A DNA stretch of 64,000 nucleotides from Candidatus Krumholzibacteriia bacterium (GCA_963836185.1 CAWIIQ010000001.1:1408001-1472000); one strand, 5' to 3'. Shown: positions 1 to 11,484, numbered from the stretch's first letter. Made by a program: numbers and translations. The notes: generated by a model from the letters alone, not told the origin.

Positions 1-398
1 AGCTGCGCATCAGCACGCTTCGGATGTTGATCAGCGAGATGAAGAACGCGCAGCTCGCGGAGAGGGGTGAGCTGAGTGAGGAGAAGGAGATGTCCATCCT
101 GACCAGCTATGCGAAGAAGAGGCGTGAGTCGATAAAGGGTTTCGAGCAGGGCGGCCGCGATGACCTTGCCGACAACGAACGCATAGAGCTCGAAATAGTG
201 ATGGCCTATCTTCCCGAGCAGGCAGGCGAGGATGAGATAAGGGCCGAGGTAGAGAAGATAATCGCTGAGTCCGGGGCTGCCGGTCCGCAGGATATGGGCA
301 AGGTGATGGGGCCGCTGATGGCGAGATTCAAGGGCCGGGCGGATGGAGGCGCCGTGAAAGCGATCGCGATGGAACAGTTGAGGGGCGGCAAAGGGTAG
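1..398 (+). CDS. yqeY: GatB/YqeY domain protein (5' end probably outside window)
   Basis: Motifs KKRRESI..F..GGR.DLA..E..E...YLP and DMGKVMG.LM....GRADG; frame open upstream of 24. Confidence 0.9.
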   Translation, partial: LRISTLRMLISEMKNAQLAERGELSEEKEMSILTSYAKKRRESIKGFEQGGRDDLADNERIELEIVMAYLPEQAGEDEIRAEVEKIIAESGAAGPQDMGKVMGPLMARFKGRADGGAVKAIAMEQLRGGKG

Positions 399-402
399 AC
401 TG

Positions 403-1017
403 ATGCATATTTTCCGTATAGTGATCCTCGCGGTCCTGGCCTGGTTTTTCATCGTAGGGGTGAAAAGGGGCCTGATACGCCAGGTCCTCGAAGTGATTGG
501 TATCATCGTGGCATTCCTCGCCGCATTCTATTTCGCTCATGCCCTTGCCGAATGGATAGAGGTGAGGACCGAGGCCGATTACAGGCTCTCGCTTGCGCTG
601 GCCGCGCTGGCCATCTTTATCGGGATAATCATAGGTGTGCATTTTGTCGGTCTGGGGCTGAAAAAGCTCTTCGGCCTTACGATCATGGGAGTCTTCGACC
701 GCGTGGCCGGCGGGCTCTTCGGGGCCCTCAAGGGAGTGCTGATCATCAGCCTCGTGCTCTCGGTGTTGATGATCCTGCCGGTACCTGACGATATAAAGGA
801 CGAACTGAGGGATGATCCCGTTACTGGCGCGATCTACCCCGTGCTGCCCGTGCTCTTTGACGCTGTAGTGAGCAATGTGCCGGGCGGGGCGAAGTTCGAG
901 CAGATCGCCAGGATCAAGGACTCCGACGCTGTCAGGGACGCAAAGAAGAAGATCGATAATATCAAGGAAGATTTCGAGAAGAGCAAAGACAGGCTCGAAA
1001 AGGATCAGGAAGACTGA
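403..1017 (+). CDS. cvpA: CvpA family membrane protein
   Basis: G.KRGLIRQV and DRVAGGLFGALKG motifs, four hydrophobic segments, typical position upstream of mutS2. Confidence 0.85.
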   Translation: MHIFRIVILAVLAWFFIVGVKRGLIRQVLEVIGIIVAFLAAFYFAHALAEWIEVRTEADYRLSLALAALAIFIGIIIGVHFVGLGLKKLFGLTIMGVFDRVAGGLFGALKGVLIISLVLSVLMILPVPDDIKDELRDDPVTGAIYPVLPVLFDAVVSNVPGGAKFEQIARIKDSDAVRDAKKKIDNIKEDFEKSKDRLEKDQED

Positions 1018-1044
1018 TCCGGCATCCCCCGAAAAGGAAATTCG

Positions 1045-3460
1045 ATGGATCAGGGCGCGAGACGTTCCGCATTGAAAGATGAATTGTCGCAGGCGGCGGA
1101 AAAGCTGGAGCTCAGCGCAGTCCTCGAAATGGTCGCCGGCGCCGCCGCTTCTGAACGCACGGCGCGCAGCATTCTCTCGGAGGATATCCTCGGAAAGATC
1201 GAAGAGATCGAGAAACGCCAGAACGAGACTCTCGAGTTGATGAGGATCAGGCAGAACGGAGAGGACCTGCCTGTGGCGGGCTGGAGAGACAGCACCGAAG
1301 AGCTGTCGATGATAAGCGTGAAGGGGATGACCTCCTCCGGAGAAAGCCTGGCCGCCATCGCGGCGGCCGAGAAAAAAGCGGCCGAGGTAAGCAGGTTCAT
1401 CGAGAGGGCCAGGGAGGACCTGCCGCTTCTATCCGAGTATCTCACGGGATTCTCCATCCGCGACGATATCGTGAGAAAGATAGAGAAGACGATAGGCCCC
1501 GATTTCGAGGTGCTCGACAGGGCGAGCCCCGAACTCGCACGGCTCAGAAAGAAGGCCGGCAGCCTTCGGTCGAAATTGCGGAAGGATTGCGCGGACTTCG
1601 TATCCTCTCACACGAAAGGGAAGGGAGAGGAATTTGTCACAGTGCGCGGGGAGAGGTTCGTTGTCTCCCTGCCCCGTGACGAGGCATCTCATATAAAAGG
1701 TATCGTCCATCACCAGAGCGGCAGCGGGGCCTCACTCTTTATGGAGCCCCTTGATTTCGTAGAGGAAAACAACCGCCTCGAAGCGGCCATACGCAACGAA
1801 CGCGACGAGGTCCTCAGGATACTCGGCCGCTCTGACCGGGGAGGTATACGGGGCCAGGGATGAACTGGCCGGTAACCAGGGGAACCTGCTTATACTGGAC
1901 GCGGTAAGGGCAAGGGCGGTATTCGCGGGAAGATACAGGTGTATCAGGCCCGCTCACAGCGCTGATGGGACACTGACAGTCAGAGCAGCCAGGCACCCTC
2001 TGCTGGAGAAGGGATTCGCGGATGAAGGAGAGGGCAGGGAAGTAACCGGCCTCGACCTTTCGTGCCCGGCGGAATTAAAGATACTCGTGATCTCGGGCCC
2101 AAACGCGGGCGGGAAGACCGTGGCGCTCAAGACGGTCGGCCTTATGATCATGATGGACAGGCACGGCCTGCTGCTTCCCTGCCTTGACGGCACTGTGATT
2201 CCGGATCATCCCGAGATATTTGTCGATATCGGCGATGACCAGTCGATCGAGAAGTCATTGAGTACATTCTCCTCGAGAGTTGCCAAGATGAACAGTATCC
2301 TCGATCTCGCCGGCCCCGCCTCGCTCGTCCTTGTCGATGAGATAGGGGACGGGACAGATCCGGAGGAGGGAGCGGCGCTTGCGGGCGCTCTGCTCGAGGA
2401 TCTTTCGCGGCGGTGCGGCCAGGACAGTAGTGACCACCCACATGAGTTATCTCAAGGGGTGGGCGCATGACACGGATCTTACGCGGAGAATGCCACTCTT
2501 GAGTTCGATCCCGACGCTCTTCAGCCTCTCTACAGGATGAAGATGGGGATCCCCGGCCGCAGCTGGGGGATCGAGACAGCCGGAAGGATGGGGCTGCCCG
2601 GAGAGATCATCGGCAGGGCGAGGGAGAAGATGGCCAGCCCGTCGCTGAGGCTCGAGGAGCTCCTCGCCGATCTCGAGAGGACAGAGCGGATGCTCGCAGC
2701 CGAGCGGGAAGATCTGATCGCCAGGGAGGAGGAACTCGAACGCCTCGTCAGCAGCTACCGCAGCCACCTCGACCACCTCGAGCAGAACCGCGAGGAGCTC
2801 GAGCAGGAGGCGCGCAGGGAGGCGCTCGACATAGTCAAGTCGACCCGCGTCGAGATGGAACGGCTCGTAAAGGATATCCGTACTGCCCAGGCGGAGCGCA
2901 AGGTCATTGCACGTTCGAAGAGGAGATCCAGAAAAAGGCCGAACAGTTCGAGAAAGAGATCAGGCCTGTCAGGCCGAAAGCTTCTCCGCGGCCCGTCGAT
3001 CCAGGGGATCTCGTCCCGGGGCAGTGGGTCGAGGTCACGAGCCTCGGCAGGGATGGAAAGATCATCGAGGCCGAAGGGACGGCTAGGATACTGGTGGAAC
3101 TGCCGGGAGGGATAAGGGTAGAAACAAAGGCCGGCGACCTCGCTGAAGGCGGAAAGCGCGGAGCGCAAAGCCAGAAGAAGCCGCAGGTAAGTTACAATGT
3201 GCCGTATGGCGGAGAGGTCGAGACCGAGTTGATGATCAGGGGGCTCGAGAGGGCGGAGGCGATGGAGAAGGTCGATGCTTTCATCGACAAGGCGGCCCTG
3301 AACGATCTGGGGACGGTACGGGTGATCCACGGGATAGGCCGGGGAATACTTGAAAAAGGCTGTCTATGACATGCTGAGAAACGATCCGAGCGTTGCCGAA
3401 GTCAGACCCGGCGAACCGGCAGTCGGCGGAGACGGGGTGCCGATAGTCAGGTTGAAATAA
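1045..3460 (+). CDS. mutS2: MutS2 endonuclease/ATPase with C-terminal Smr domain; split by several indels
   Basis: Pieces in successive frames: GIVHHQSGSGASLFMEP, ARHPLL, Walker A GPNAGGKT, DIGDDQSIEKSLSTFSS, DEIGDGTDPEEGAALA, GIPGRSWG, coiled coil, Smr IHGIGRGIL; stop TAA 3458-3460. Confidence 0.9.
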
Positions 3461-3475
3461 GAGGGAGGCGGAACG

Positions 3476-3825
3476 ATGAATATCAGAAAACTGGGTGATA
3501 CAGAGATAATGAAGAACGCTCACGGCGTAGATGCCCGTAACCTTTACAACACTGACGACGCGATGGTGACTGTCATCACTCTGACGCCAGGGCAGAAACT
3601 GAAGCGTCACATCACTCCGGTCGATGTGGCGTTCTACGTGCTGCGAAGGAACGGGTACTGTGGAGGTCGGCGAAGAGAAGGCGCGAGGTCACGGCGGATA
3701 CATTGATCGAGAGCCCGAAGGACATCGTGCACTGCTGGTACAACGAGAGTGATGCCGACTTGAGGTTCATGGTGATAAAGGCTCCGAAGCCGAAGACAAA
3801 GACCGTATTCATATCGGATGAGTGA
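3476..3825 (+). CDS. Cupin domain protein (frameshifted near 3640-3660)
   Basis: L.PGQKLKRHITPVDVAFYVL then, in another frame, IESPKDIVHCWYNESDADLRFMVIKAPKP; RBS GGAGG upstream. Confidence 0.8.
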
Positions 3826-3853
3826 GACACCGGGAAAAGGCGACTGAACAGCG

Positions 3854-5627
3854 ATGATACCCGAGAATGTAATAGACGACATCAGGGAGCGGACCGACAT
3901 CGTCGAGGTGATCGGCGGATGTCCTCGACCTGAAGCGCGCCGGGCGCAATTTCAAGGCGAACTGTCCGTTTCACGGCGAGAAGACCCCGAGCTTCATGGT
4001 GAGCCCTGAAAAGCAGATATACCATTGCTTCGGCTGCGGCAAGGGCGGAAACGTCTACAGTTTCCTCATGGAGTACGAGGGGGTCGGTTTCGTCGAGGCC
4101 GTAAAGGAACTTGCCAGCCCGCTGAATGTCGATATCGAAAGGTACCTTACCGGCAGCGAGGACCGCAGCAGGTTCGATCCATTCTACCACGCGATGGAAT
4201 TCGCGCAGATCACATTTCCGCAAGGGGCTGGAGGAGAGCAGCGGAAGCAGCCGGATACCTCGAGAGAAGGGGATTCGGAAAGGAACTGGTCGAGACTTAC
4301 AGGATCGGTTTCGCGGGCCCCTCGTGGGAATCGCTCTACAAGGCAGCCACAGAGGCCGGGATCAAGAAGGATACCCTCCTCGAGATGGGTCTTATAATGA
4401 GGAGCAGGGGCTCGACAGGGTACAGGGACTATTTCAGGAACCGGATAATGTTCCCCATCCGTAACCTTCCGGGGCGGGTCGTGGGCTTCGCCGGACGAGT
4501 CATGGACAATTCAGAGCCTAAATACCTCAATTCGATGGAGAATCCGATCTATCACAAGGGAAAGATCCTCTATGGGCTCGACCAGACGAAGGACGATATC
4601 CGTAAGTCCAGAACTGCCTTGGTAGTAGAAGGTTATGTGGACCACTTGATGCTCTGGCAGAGCGGGGTCACCAATATATGTGCCGTCTGCGGCACTTCCC
4701 TGACGGAAGATCAGGCCAGACTCCTTGCACGATACGCTAAACGCATATATATTATCAATGACGGTGACAGGGCGGGAGTACGCGCGGCAGTAAGGGCAGC
4801 TGACCAGCTGGTCGATAGAAGGGCTGGATACCAGCATTGTCGTCTTGCCGGAAAACGAGGATCCCGACAGTTTCATAAGAAAAGAAGGAGTAGAGGCTCT
4901 CCAGAAGTTGATGAGTTCTGCTCCTGATTATTTTGACTACCTCCATGGCGAGGCCAGGAAGGGGACCAGGACCGCATCGCGGAACAGGCAGGTCGTAGAG
5001 CATCTGCTGGCAACGGTCTCCCGGGTCGAAGACGGGGTAAGGCAGGAGATACTTCTGCAGGAGGTCTCCGGTCTGTTCGAGATCCCTGTTGATACCCTGA
5101 GATCAAGCCTCAAGCCTGGAAAGAAACGCAAGCCCCATGTCGAACAACCCGTTCGGCACACCGTCACAAAAAGAGAAGAGAACCAGAAGGTGATGTTCAG
5201 GATAGCGCTTACCAGCGCCTCCCTGGCCGCTCTGGTCACCGAAAATATGATAGAGGAAGACCTCGAGGGGGAGATTTACAGGAAACTCTTCGGGGCCCTC
5301 AAGGAAGCTGTCGAGAAGGACATCGATCCGGCCGGGCCGAAGTTCGCCGGCTCGATCAGCGACCCGGAGCTCTCGGCTCTCGTCGCCGAGATCGTACTCG
5401 CTGAGCCGCCCCCGGGACCGGCGCGTGAGATACTGCACGATCTGGTGCTGTGGATCAAGAAGGCATCGCTCAAGGCCGAGATGGCCGAGATGAAGGAACG
5501 CCTGAGGCAGCTTGAAGAAGAAGGTTCGGACGAGACTTCATCCGAGAGGATAGGGATCGTCTCGTCCTACATACAGATCGAGAGAGAGCTCGGAAAACTG
5601 GAGATCAAGGAGGATTCTCAGTCTTGA
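3854..5627 (+). CDS. dnaG: DNA primase (several indels)
   Basis: [20 protein letters not shown] start; CPFH..KTPSF..YHCFGCG zinc finger; [36 protein letters not shown]; stop overlaps rpoD start. Confidence 0.95.
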
Positions 5628-7378
5628 TGGATCGAAACAGGATTGAAGAAGTTCTTGTAGAAATCCGGAAACTCGCCGGTGAGAAGGGTTATGTCCTCCA
5701 CGAGGAGATCGAAGGACTGGTAGGCACAGAGTTCGATCCCGAGGATATCATTCCCCTTTACGACAAGCTCAGTGAAGAGAACATCGAGTTCTTCGACTCC
5801 GACGAAAAGGCCCGGATGAAGATCGACGCCCAGGCCAAGCGTGAGCAGAAGGAAGCGAAGAAAGCGGATGAGGATCTCACGACCGGAGTCCGCTACGATG
5901 ATCCGGTAAGGATGTATCTGCGTGAAATGGGCAAGGTCCCGCTGCTCGACCGTGCGGGCGAGATCGAGATCGCCAAGCGCATCGAAGTAGGCAACGGCAA
6001 GGTAGTCCACGCGATATACAACCTGCCCTCGACTACCGATCGCCTCATCGAATACGTCAGGCAGATCGAGGAAGAGGAGGTCCGTCTCGAGGAAGTCCTC
6101 CAGCTCGAATCGGGAGGCCTTCATCCGCACTACACAGGGAAGAAGGAACAGAAAAAATACACTTCGGTCATCAAGCAGATAGTCAAGCTGCGCGACGAGA
6201 CCGATGAGATGAAATCGAAGCTTCGCAAGCGGATCAGCAAGAAGAAGGAAGCCGAGCTGACAAAACTGCTCGAGGACAAGAACAAGAAGCTCAAGGAAAA
6301 ATACGCCAAGATAAAACTGCATCCGAATCAGATCGTGTTTATCGTCGACTGCAACAAGGAGATCCTCCAGGAACTCGAGAAGCACAACAAAGAGCTTCGC
6401 GAATACGAGAAGTTCATCGGCATGACGGCGGATGAAGTCCGCGATGCCCTGAAGATAATGAACGGCCGCTCGACCAAGGCCAAGTCGGAGCTGAAGAAGA
6501 AGGTCAAGTGGTCGAAGGACAACCTCACCGATTTCTCCAGCAGGATAAAGGTCATCGAGCGTGAGTGCCGGGCGATCGAAAAGAGGGAGAATGTCGAGTA
6601 CATCTCTCTGAAGAAGATCGTACGCGACGTGAGATTCGGAGAGCGCAAGGCTGAAAGGGCAAAGCAGGAAATGATCGAGGCGAATGTCCGCCTCGTCATC
6701 TCAATCGCCAAACGGTACACGAACCGCGGCCTCGAGTTCCTCGATCTTATCCAGGAGGGGAATAGCGGGCTGATGCGTGCAGTGGACAAGTTCGACTACC
6801 GCAAGGGGTACAAGTTCAGCACCTACGCCACCTGGTGGATCAGGCAGGCGATCACCAGGGCGATCGCCGACCAGGCGAGGACCATCAGGGTCCCGGTGCA
6901 CATGATAGAGGCGATCAACAAGGTCTCGCGCACACAGCGGAAGCTGATCCAGGAGTTCGGCCGCGAGCCGACCCCCGAGGAGGTCGCGAGCCGCCTCGAT
7001 TATCCTGTCGGCAAGGTCAAGAGCGTGATGAAGGCCTCGATGGAGCCTATCTCGCTTGACAGGCCGATAGGCGAGGATGACGACAGCAATCTCAGTGACT
7101 TCATCGAAGACACGGGCGCCTCGTCACCCGACCAGACGGCGGCCCACTCGATGCTCAAGGACCAGGTCGCAAGGGTGCTCGCCACCCTGACCCCGAGGGA
7201 GGAAAAGGTCGTAAGGCTCAGGTTCGGCCTGGGCGACGGAACACCGAGGACGCTCGAGGAAGTCGGTACGATCTTCAAGGTGACAAGAGAGAGGGTTCGC
7301 CAGATAGAGGCGAAGGCGCTGAGAAAATTGATGCATCCGAGCCGCGCCAGAAAACTCAAGGGGTACATAGACATATAG
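5627..7378 (+). CDS. rpoD: Primary RNA polymerase sigma factor sigma70
   Basis: [87 protein letters not shown]. Confidence 0.98.
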   Translation: MDRNRIEEVLVEIRKLAGEKGYVLHEEIEGLVGTEFDPEDIIPLYDKLSEENIEFFDSDEKARMKIDAQAKREQKEAKKADEDLTTGVRYDDPVRMYLREMGKVPLLDRAGEIEIAKRIEVGNGKVVHAIYNLPSTTDRLIEYVRQIEEEEVRLEEVLQLESGGLHPHYTGKKEQKKYTSVIKQIVKLRDETDEMKSKLRKRISKKKEAELTKLLEDKNKKLKEKYAKIKLHPNQIVFIVDCNKEILQELEKHNKELREYEKFIGMTADEVRDALKIMNGRSTKAKSELKKKVKWSKDNLTDFSSRIKVIERECRAIEKRENVEYISLKKIVRDVRFGERKAERAKQEMIEANVRLVISIAKRYTNRGLEFLDLIQEGNSGLMRAVDKFDYRKGYKFSTYATWWIRQAITRAIADQARTIRVPVHMIEAINKVSRTQRKLIQEFGREPTPEEVASRLDYPVGKVKSVMKASMEPISLDRPIGEDDDSNLSDFIEDTGASSPDQTAAHSMLKDQVARVLATLTPREEKVVRLRFGLGDGTPRTLEEVGTIFKVTRERVRQIEAKALRKLMHPSRARKLKGYIDI

Positions 7379-7453
7379 GCGCTAAAAAAATAATTGCGGA
7401 TTCGGATGGAGGATGATAGTTTCCCCATCTGCCGAACCTGAAAAGAAAAATCA

Positions 7454-7528
7454 GGGCCCATAGCTCAGCGGTAGAGCTCCCGGCTCATAACCGGTCGGTC
7501 ACAGGTTCAAATCCTGTTGGGCCCACCA
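7454..7528 (+). tRNA. tRNA with CAU anticodon, most likely tRNA-Ile2 (lysidine-modified)
   Basis: Cloverleaf: GGGCCCA/TGGGCCC acceptor stem, GCTC/GAGC D-arm, CTCATAA loop, GGTTCAAATCC T-arm, encoded CCA. C4-G69/C5-G68 pairs, no initiator features and location after rpoD favour Ile2 over Met. Confidence 0.9.
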
Positions 7529-7532
7529 ATCT

Positions 7533-7562
7533 CATCGCCGCCCCGTCCCCGGGGCGGCGATG
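7533..7562 (+). terminator. 13-bp GC hairpin after the tRNA (terminator-like, no U-tract)
   Basis: CATCGCCGCCCCG-TCCC-CGGGGCGGCGATG. Confidence 0.55.
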
Positions 7563-7629
7563 CTGTGTAGACTACAACATGCACGGCGTGCTACAATTCC
7601 CTTTACCAAACTGACTTCAGGAGGCTTCA

Positions 7630-8151
7630 ATGCGTTACATGACTTTCATACTGCTCGCCGTATCAATAGCACTTACCGCACCAGTGCGCTCTCAACAGAA
7701 GAGCATCGATTTTTCCGGAAAATGGAAGCTCAACAAAGAACTTAGTGATTTCGGTGTCGACCGCGACGGCAAGAAACGAAGACCCCGTGATTCGCAGATG
7801 AAGATCGAACAGGACGAGAAGAACCTCAAGGTCACTATCATCCGGGAGAACCGCGAAGGCAAGGAGCAGAAGACAAAGCTGAAGTATTCACTCGAAGGTA
7901 AAAAGTCGAAGAACAAGACAGATTTCGGCAAGCAGGAATCGACCTTGAAATGGCTCGAGAAAGGGCAGATCCTCAAGATCTCTTCGATAAGCCACATCAA
8001 GCGCGGCGACATTGAGTTCGAGATGGAATCGGTTCAACTCTTTTCAATCGTCGAGGGGCGGCTCGTCATTGAATCGGTCCGCTATACCCCGAGGGGTGAT
8101 ATGGAGACACTGGAAGTCTACCAGAAAGATGTCGATGAACAGGAAGAGTAA
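7630..8151 (+). CDS. Secreted hypothetical protein, possible lipocalin-like beta-barrel
   Basis: Signal peptide, DFSGKWKLN..LSD motif, RBS GGAGG. Confidence 0.7.
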   Translation: MRYMTFILLAVSIALTAPVRSQQKSIDFSGKWKLNKELSDFGVDRDGKKRRPRDSQMKIEQDEKNLKVTIIRENREGKEQKTKLKYSLEGKKSKNKTDFGKQESTLKWLEKGQILKISSISHIKRGDIEFEMESVQLFSIVEGRLVIESVRYTPRGDMETLEVYQKDVDEQEE

Positions 8152-8521
8152 AGGGCAGGGAATCATTCTGGCTCTGATCATCGTCAACTTGCTTGCATCA
8201 GTAGCGGCGACAGTCTATGTAAGTGCCTTCGGTGTTCAGGGAGCTCTCCCGCAGCAGCTCATCCACCTCGTTCTTTCCGTCATATTCTTTTACTCTCTAT
8301 ACAGGGGTGTACCCTGGGTACGCATCGCAGCGATAGTCTTGTTTGTGATATCGGGCATGACGGGCATAGCCGGCGGATTCTGGATGCTCTTCATGCTTGT
8401 CGCAGAACCGTATGTATATATTCTGTTCGGAATGTCCCTGATACATCTCATCTCAGCGGCTGTTCTTCTCTTTTCCCCTCCGGTCAAAGCGTATTTTCAA
8501 ACGGAAGTGTTGTCGGAATGA
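8135..8521 (+). CDS. Hypothetical four-helix membrane protein
   Basis: Four hydrophobic segments; G.PW.R and SPPVKAYF motifs; start overlaps the previous gene. Confidence 0.7.
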   Translation: MNRKSKGQGIILALIIVNLLASVAATVYVSAFGVQGALPQQLIHLVLSVIFFYSLYRGVPWVRIAAIVLFVISGMTGIAGGFWMLFMLVAEPYVYILFGMSLIHLISAAVLLFSPPVKAYFQTEVLSE

Positions 8522-8531
8522 TGGAGAGCAT

Positions 8532-8840
8532 ATGATATACAAGATCGAATTCGACGGCCTCGAATGGGAATCCCCGATCCCCGGGATGAGGCAGAAGGTC
8601 CTCTCGGATGGCGCGAGGCGGGTTCGGCTCGTAGAGTACAGTGCCGATATGGAACCTCACTGGTGCGACAAGGGCCATCACGGCTATCTCCTTGAGGGAA
8701 GGTTCGAGCTCGAGTTCGACTCCGGTACTTTCGTATACGAGGCCGGAGACGGGGTCTTTATCCCTGACGGCGCGGAACACAGGCATAAGGGGAGAGTGCT
8801 GACCGATGTCGTACGCGTGATATTCGTCGAGGACATCTGA
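8532..8840 (+). CDS. Cupin domain protein
   Basis: HWCDKGHHGYLLEG...AGDGVFIP.G.EHRH. Confidence 0.8.
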   Translation: MIYKIEFDGLEWESPIPGMRQKVLSDGARRVRLVEYSADMEPHWCDKGHHGYLLEGRFELEFDSGTFVYEAGDGVFIPDGAEHRHKGRVLTDVVRVIFVEDI

Positions 8841-8913
8841 CCTCGGGGTTGTCAATCTCCGCGTTTCGTAATAATCTCTTCATGCAAAGACTTTCCATGT
8901 CAAAGGAGCCTTC

Positions 8914-9276
8914 ATGCCTCAGGTCGTTCTCGAATACTCGTCCAATATCAGGGAGAAGATAGACAGCGAGGTGATCCTCGGTGAGATCGCCTCGGTCATA
9001 TCGGCGGCGGGGGAGATACCCGTAGAGAATTTCAAGTGCAGGCTTGTCAGAAGAGAAGAGTACCTTGTCGGGAAGGGGCGAGAGAGGGACGCCTTCGTCC
9101 ATCTCGAGGTGGGAATCCTCTCGGGGCGTACCCCGGAATCAAAGCGGAGGATCGGCGAGGACTGCATAGAGTACCTCGAGGGATATTATTCTCCCCTGGC
9201 AGGCGAACTTTCCCTGCAGATCACCGTAGAGATAAGAGAGATGGAGAAAAAGGTTTACTTCAAGACGGTCACTTGA
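8914..9276 (+). CDS. 5-carboxymethyl-2-hydroxymuconate isomerase-like tautomerase
   Basis: N-terminal Pro after Met (MPQVVLEYSSN), FVHLEV.ILSGRTPE.K, ITVEIREM. Confidence 0.8.
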   Translation: MPQVVLEYSSNIREKIDSEVILGEIASVISAAGEIPVENFKCRLVRREEYLVGKGRERDAFVHLEVGILSGRTPESKRRIGEDCIEYLEGYYSPLAGELSLQITVEIREMEKKVYFKTVT

Positions 9277-9290
9277 AAGCAGGGACAGAG

Positions 9291-9647
9291 ATGATGGATA
9301 TCGAGCAGGATCCTGATGGGAGAAAATGGGCGGCGTTGTGTCACATCATGGCGCTGACCGGATTGATAGGTAACGGTATCGGGTTTGTGCTCGGCCCGCT
9401 GGTGGTCTGGCTGATCAAGAAAGATGAGCACCCTTTTGTAGAAGAGCAGGGAAAGGAAGCTATCAACTTCCAGATCACGATGTTTATCGCGGCGATGATC
9501 AGTATACTGCTTACTGTAGTCGTGATCGGACTCTTCCTGGTGATCGCGGTCGGGCTCATCATGGTGATATTCCCGATCATAGCGGCGGTGAAGGCGAGCA
9601 ACGGTGAACATTACAGGTACCCGTTTACTATAAGGTTCATAAGTTAG
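9291..9647 (+). CDS. DUF4870 family membrane protein
   Basis: WAALCH, GPLVVWLIKKD, GKEAINFQIT, YRYPFTIRFI. Confidence 0.85.
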   Translation: MMDIEQDPDGRKWAALCHIMALTGLIGNGIGFVLGPLVVWLIKKDEHPFVEEQGKEAINFQITMFIAAMISILLTVVVIGLFLVIAVGLIMVIFPIIAAVKASNGEHYRYPFTIRFIS

Positions 9648-9672
9648 GAAGATACAGCGAACGGAGAAGATA

Positions 9673-10134
9673 TTGAAAGCATACCTCGTAAGGCACGCCC
9701 AGCCAGTCAACGCATCAGTAGATCCAGCCAGGCCGCTTTCCGAAGAAGGGATGCGGGAGATAACAAAGGTCGCCGATCATCTTGCGGGCAGGGGGGATGT
9801 CTCTCCCGAGATCATCGTACACAGTGGGAAGACAAGGGCCAGGCAGACCGCGGAAGTCCTCGCTTCTAGGCTCGATCCTCCGGGAGGAGTGAGGGAGGAG
9901 CCGGGACTCAAGCCCAATGACGATATCGAAGGCTGGGATGCCATTCTTGCCTCGTCACCTGGCGCGATGCTCGTCGGCCATATGCCCTTCATGGGACTTC
10001 TGTCATGCGAGCTGACCCGCGGCAATGTATGTGGATGGAACACAGAGTTCAGGACTGCCGAGGTCTCCTGTTTTGAGCGTAGCGACAGTAATGACTGGAA
10101 GCTCCTCTGGCATATCGCGCCCGAAGATATATAA
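9673..10134 (+). CDS. sixA: Phosphohistidine phosphatase SixA
   Basis: YLVRHA, D..RPLS..G, HSGKTRARQTAE, MLVGHMPF. Confidence 0.85.
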   Translation: MKAYLVRHAQPVNASVDPARPLSEEGMREITKVADHLAGRGDVSPEIIVHSGKTRARQTAEVLASRLDPPGGVREEPGLKPNDDIEGWDAILASSPGAMLVGHMPFMGLLSCELTRGNVCGWNTEFRTAEVSCFERSDSNDWKLLWHIAPEDI

Positions 10135-10347
10135 TTGATGTATATACCCTGTTAAAGGCTCCTTATCCGGCCTGAAGATTGCGTGGGATTTCTCATGTTT
10201 TCCCGCTCTGCGTGCGCTATGGCGGAGCGAAATGCGGCGCGGGAAGCTATGTCGCTGATATATAATATTTTATGCTGCCCGGCATTTTTGCGGCGGCCAT
10301 AAGACGCTATTCCACATAGCTTTACTTTGCAACAGCGGGAGTCAATA

Positions 10348-11454
10348 ATGCAACTCAGGCGCAGCGTCCTACTCGCCCTCCTGATCATCGTATTCATGAT
10401 CTTCGAAACGCATTCATGCTCGGAGGACAGGTCGGTCGAGCCCGATCCGCCCCTGGAAATCAAGAACGAGCTGCTCGGAGCGAACGATCTGTATTTTTCT
10501 GACACGGATCACGGCTGGGTTGTCGGCAGGCAGGGTACGGCCATCCTCACGGATGACGGTGGTGATACCTGGACGCCTGTCAAGATAGATGAGCTCGACA
10601 TGAGAGGGGTCTACTTCTCAGACACGCAGAACGGCTGGGTAGTGGGCAATGAGGGGAAACTTTACTCATCCGTTGACGGCGGGCATACATGGGAAAGAAA
10701 GATCTTCACCGGATATCCCCAGATGGACGACCTTTTCGAGGTCATGTTTGTCAATGATACAGAAGGTTTTATTCTAGGATATCACGGAGTATTCGTGACC
10801 GAGGACGGGGGGAGTGACTGGGTAAACAACTGGCTCCCAATCGTAGAGTACAGGGGTGCCTGGTCGATGACCGTTGTCGACGAAGACTGCTCCTTCCTTA
10901 TGGGAAGCCAGTGGACCGAAGCCGATCCTGAGCTGATATACGTGACCGAAGACGGCGGGCTGAACTGGTCGGCCGTTCCCGGATCGAACGCCTCTGTCCT
11001 GAGGGGTATAGTCACGATCGAGTTTCATGACAGGCTGACCGGATGGGCCGGAGGCGCTGCCGTGATGAAGACGGGGGACGGCGGGCGTACCTGGAGTACA
11101 CAGCTGGAGATGGCTACGGTACGCGAATTCTTCGTTCACGACGCGATGTCGGTCATCGGTGTGGGAAAGAACTCGATATTGCGAACGGTCGACGGGGGAG
11201 CGACATGGGACGATGTGGCGCCAGCGGACGAGAGGATAGTAGACCTGCGCACCGTGCATTTCGTAGACGCGACATACGGCTGGATAGCGGGCAAGGGACG
11301 CGAAGAGATCATCGATGGCCGTTCGGTCTCGTATACCGTAGTGCTTTCAACGAGGGATGGAGGGGCTTCCTGGTCGGTCAGGGAGTTCTCATATGAGACA
11401 ACCAGCCTGGAAGCAGCCGCTCTCGAAGAGTCGCCCATTCCGATGTATCATTGA
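10348..11454 (+). CDS. YCF48-like/BNR-repeat beta-propeller exported protein
   Basis: Repeats of YF.D...GWVVG..G..L.T.DGG.TW; hydrophobic N-terminus followed by Cys. Confidence 0.85.
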   Translation: MQLRRSVLLALLIIVFMIFETHSCSEDRSVEPDPPLEIKNELLGANDLYFSDTDHGWVVGRQGTAILTDDGGDTWTPVKIDELDMRGVYFSDTQNGWVVGNEGKLYSSVDGGHTWERKIFTGYPQMDDLFEVMFVNDTEGFILGYHGVFVTEDGGSDWVNNWLPIVEYRGAWSMTVVDEDCSFLMGSQWTEADPELIYVTEDGGLNWSAVPGSNASVLRGIVTIEFHDRLTGWAGGAAVMKTGDGGRTWSTQLEMATVREFFVHDAMSVIGVGKNSILRTVDGGATWDDVAPADERIVDLRTVHFVDATYGWIAGKGREEIIDGRSVSYTVVLSTRDGGASWSVREFSYETTSLEAAALEESPIPMYH

Positions 11455-11484
11455 TATACCCGGTTTTTCTGCAGTAAAAAATCC

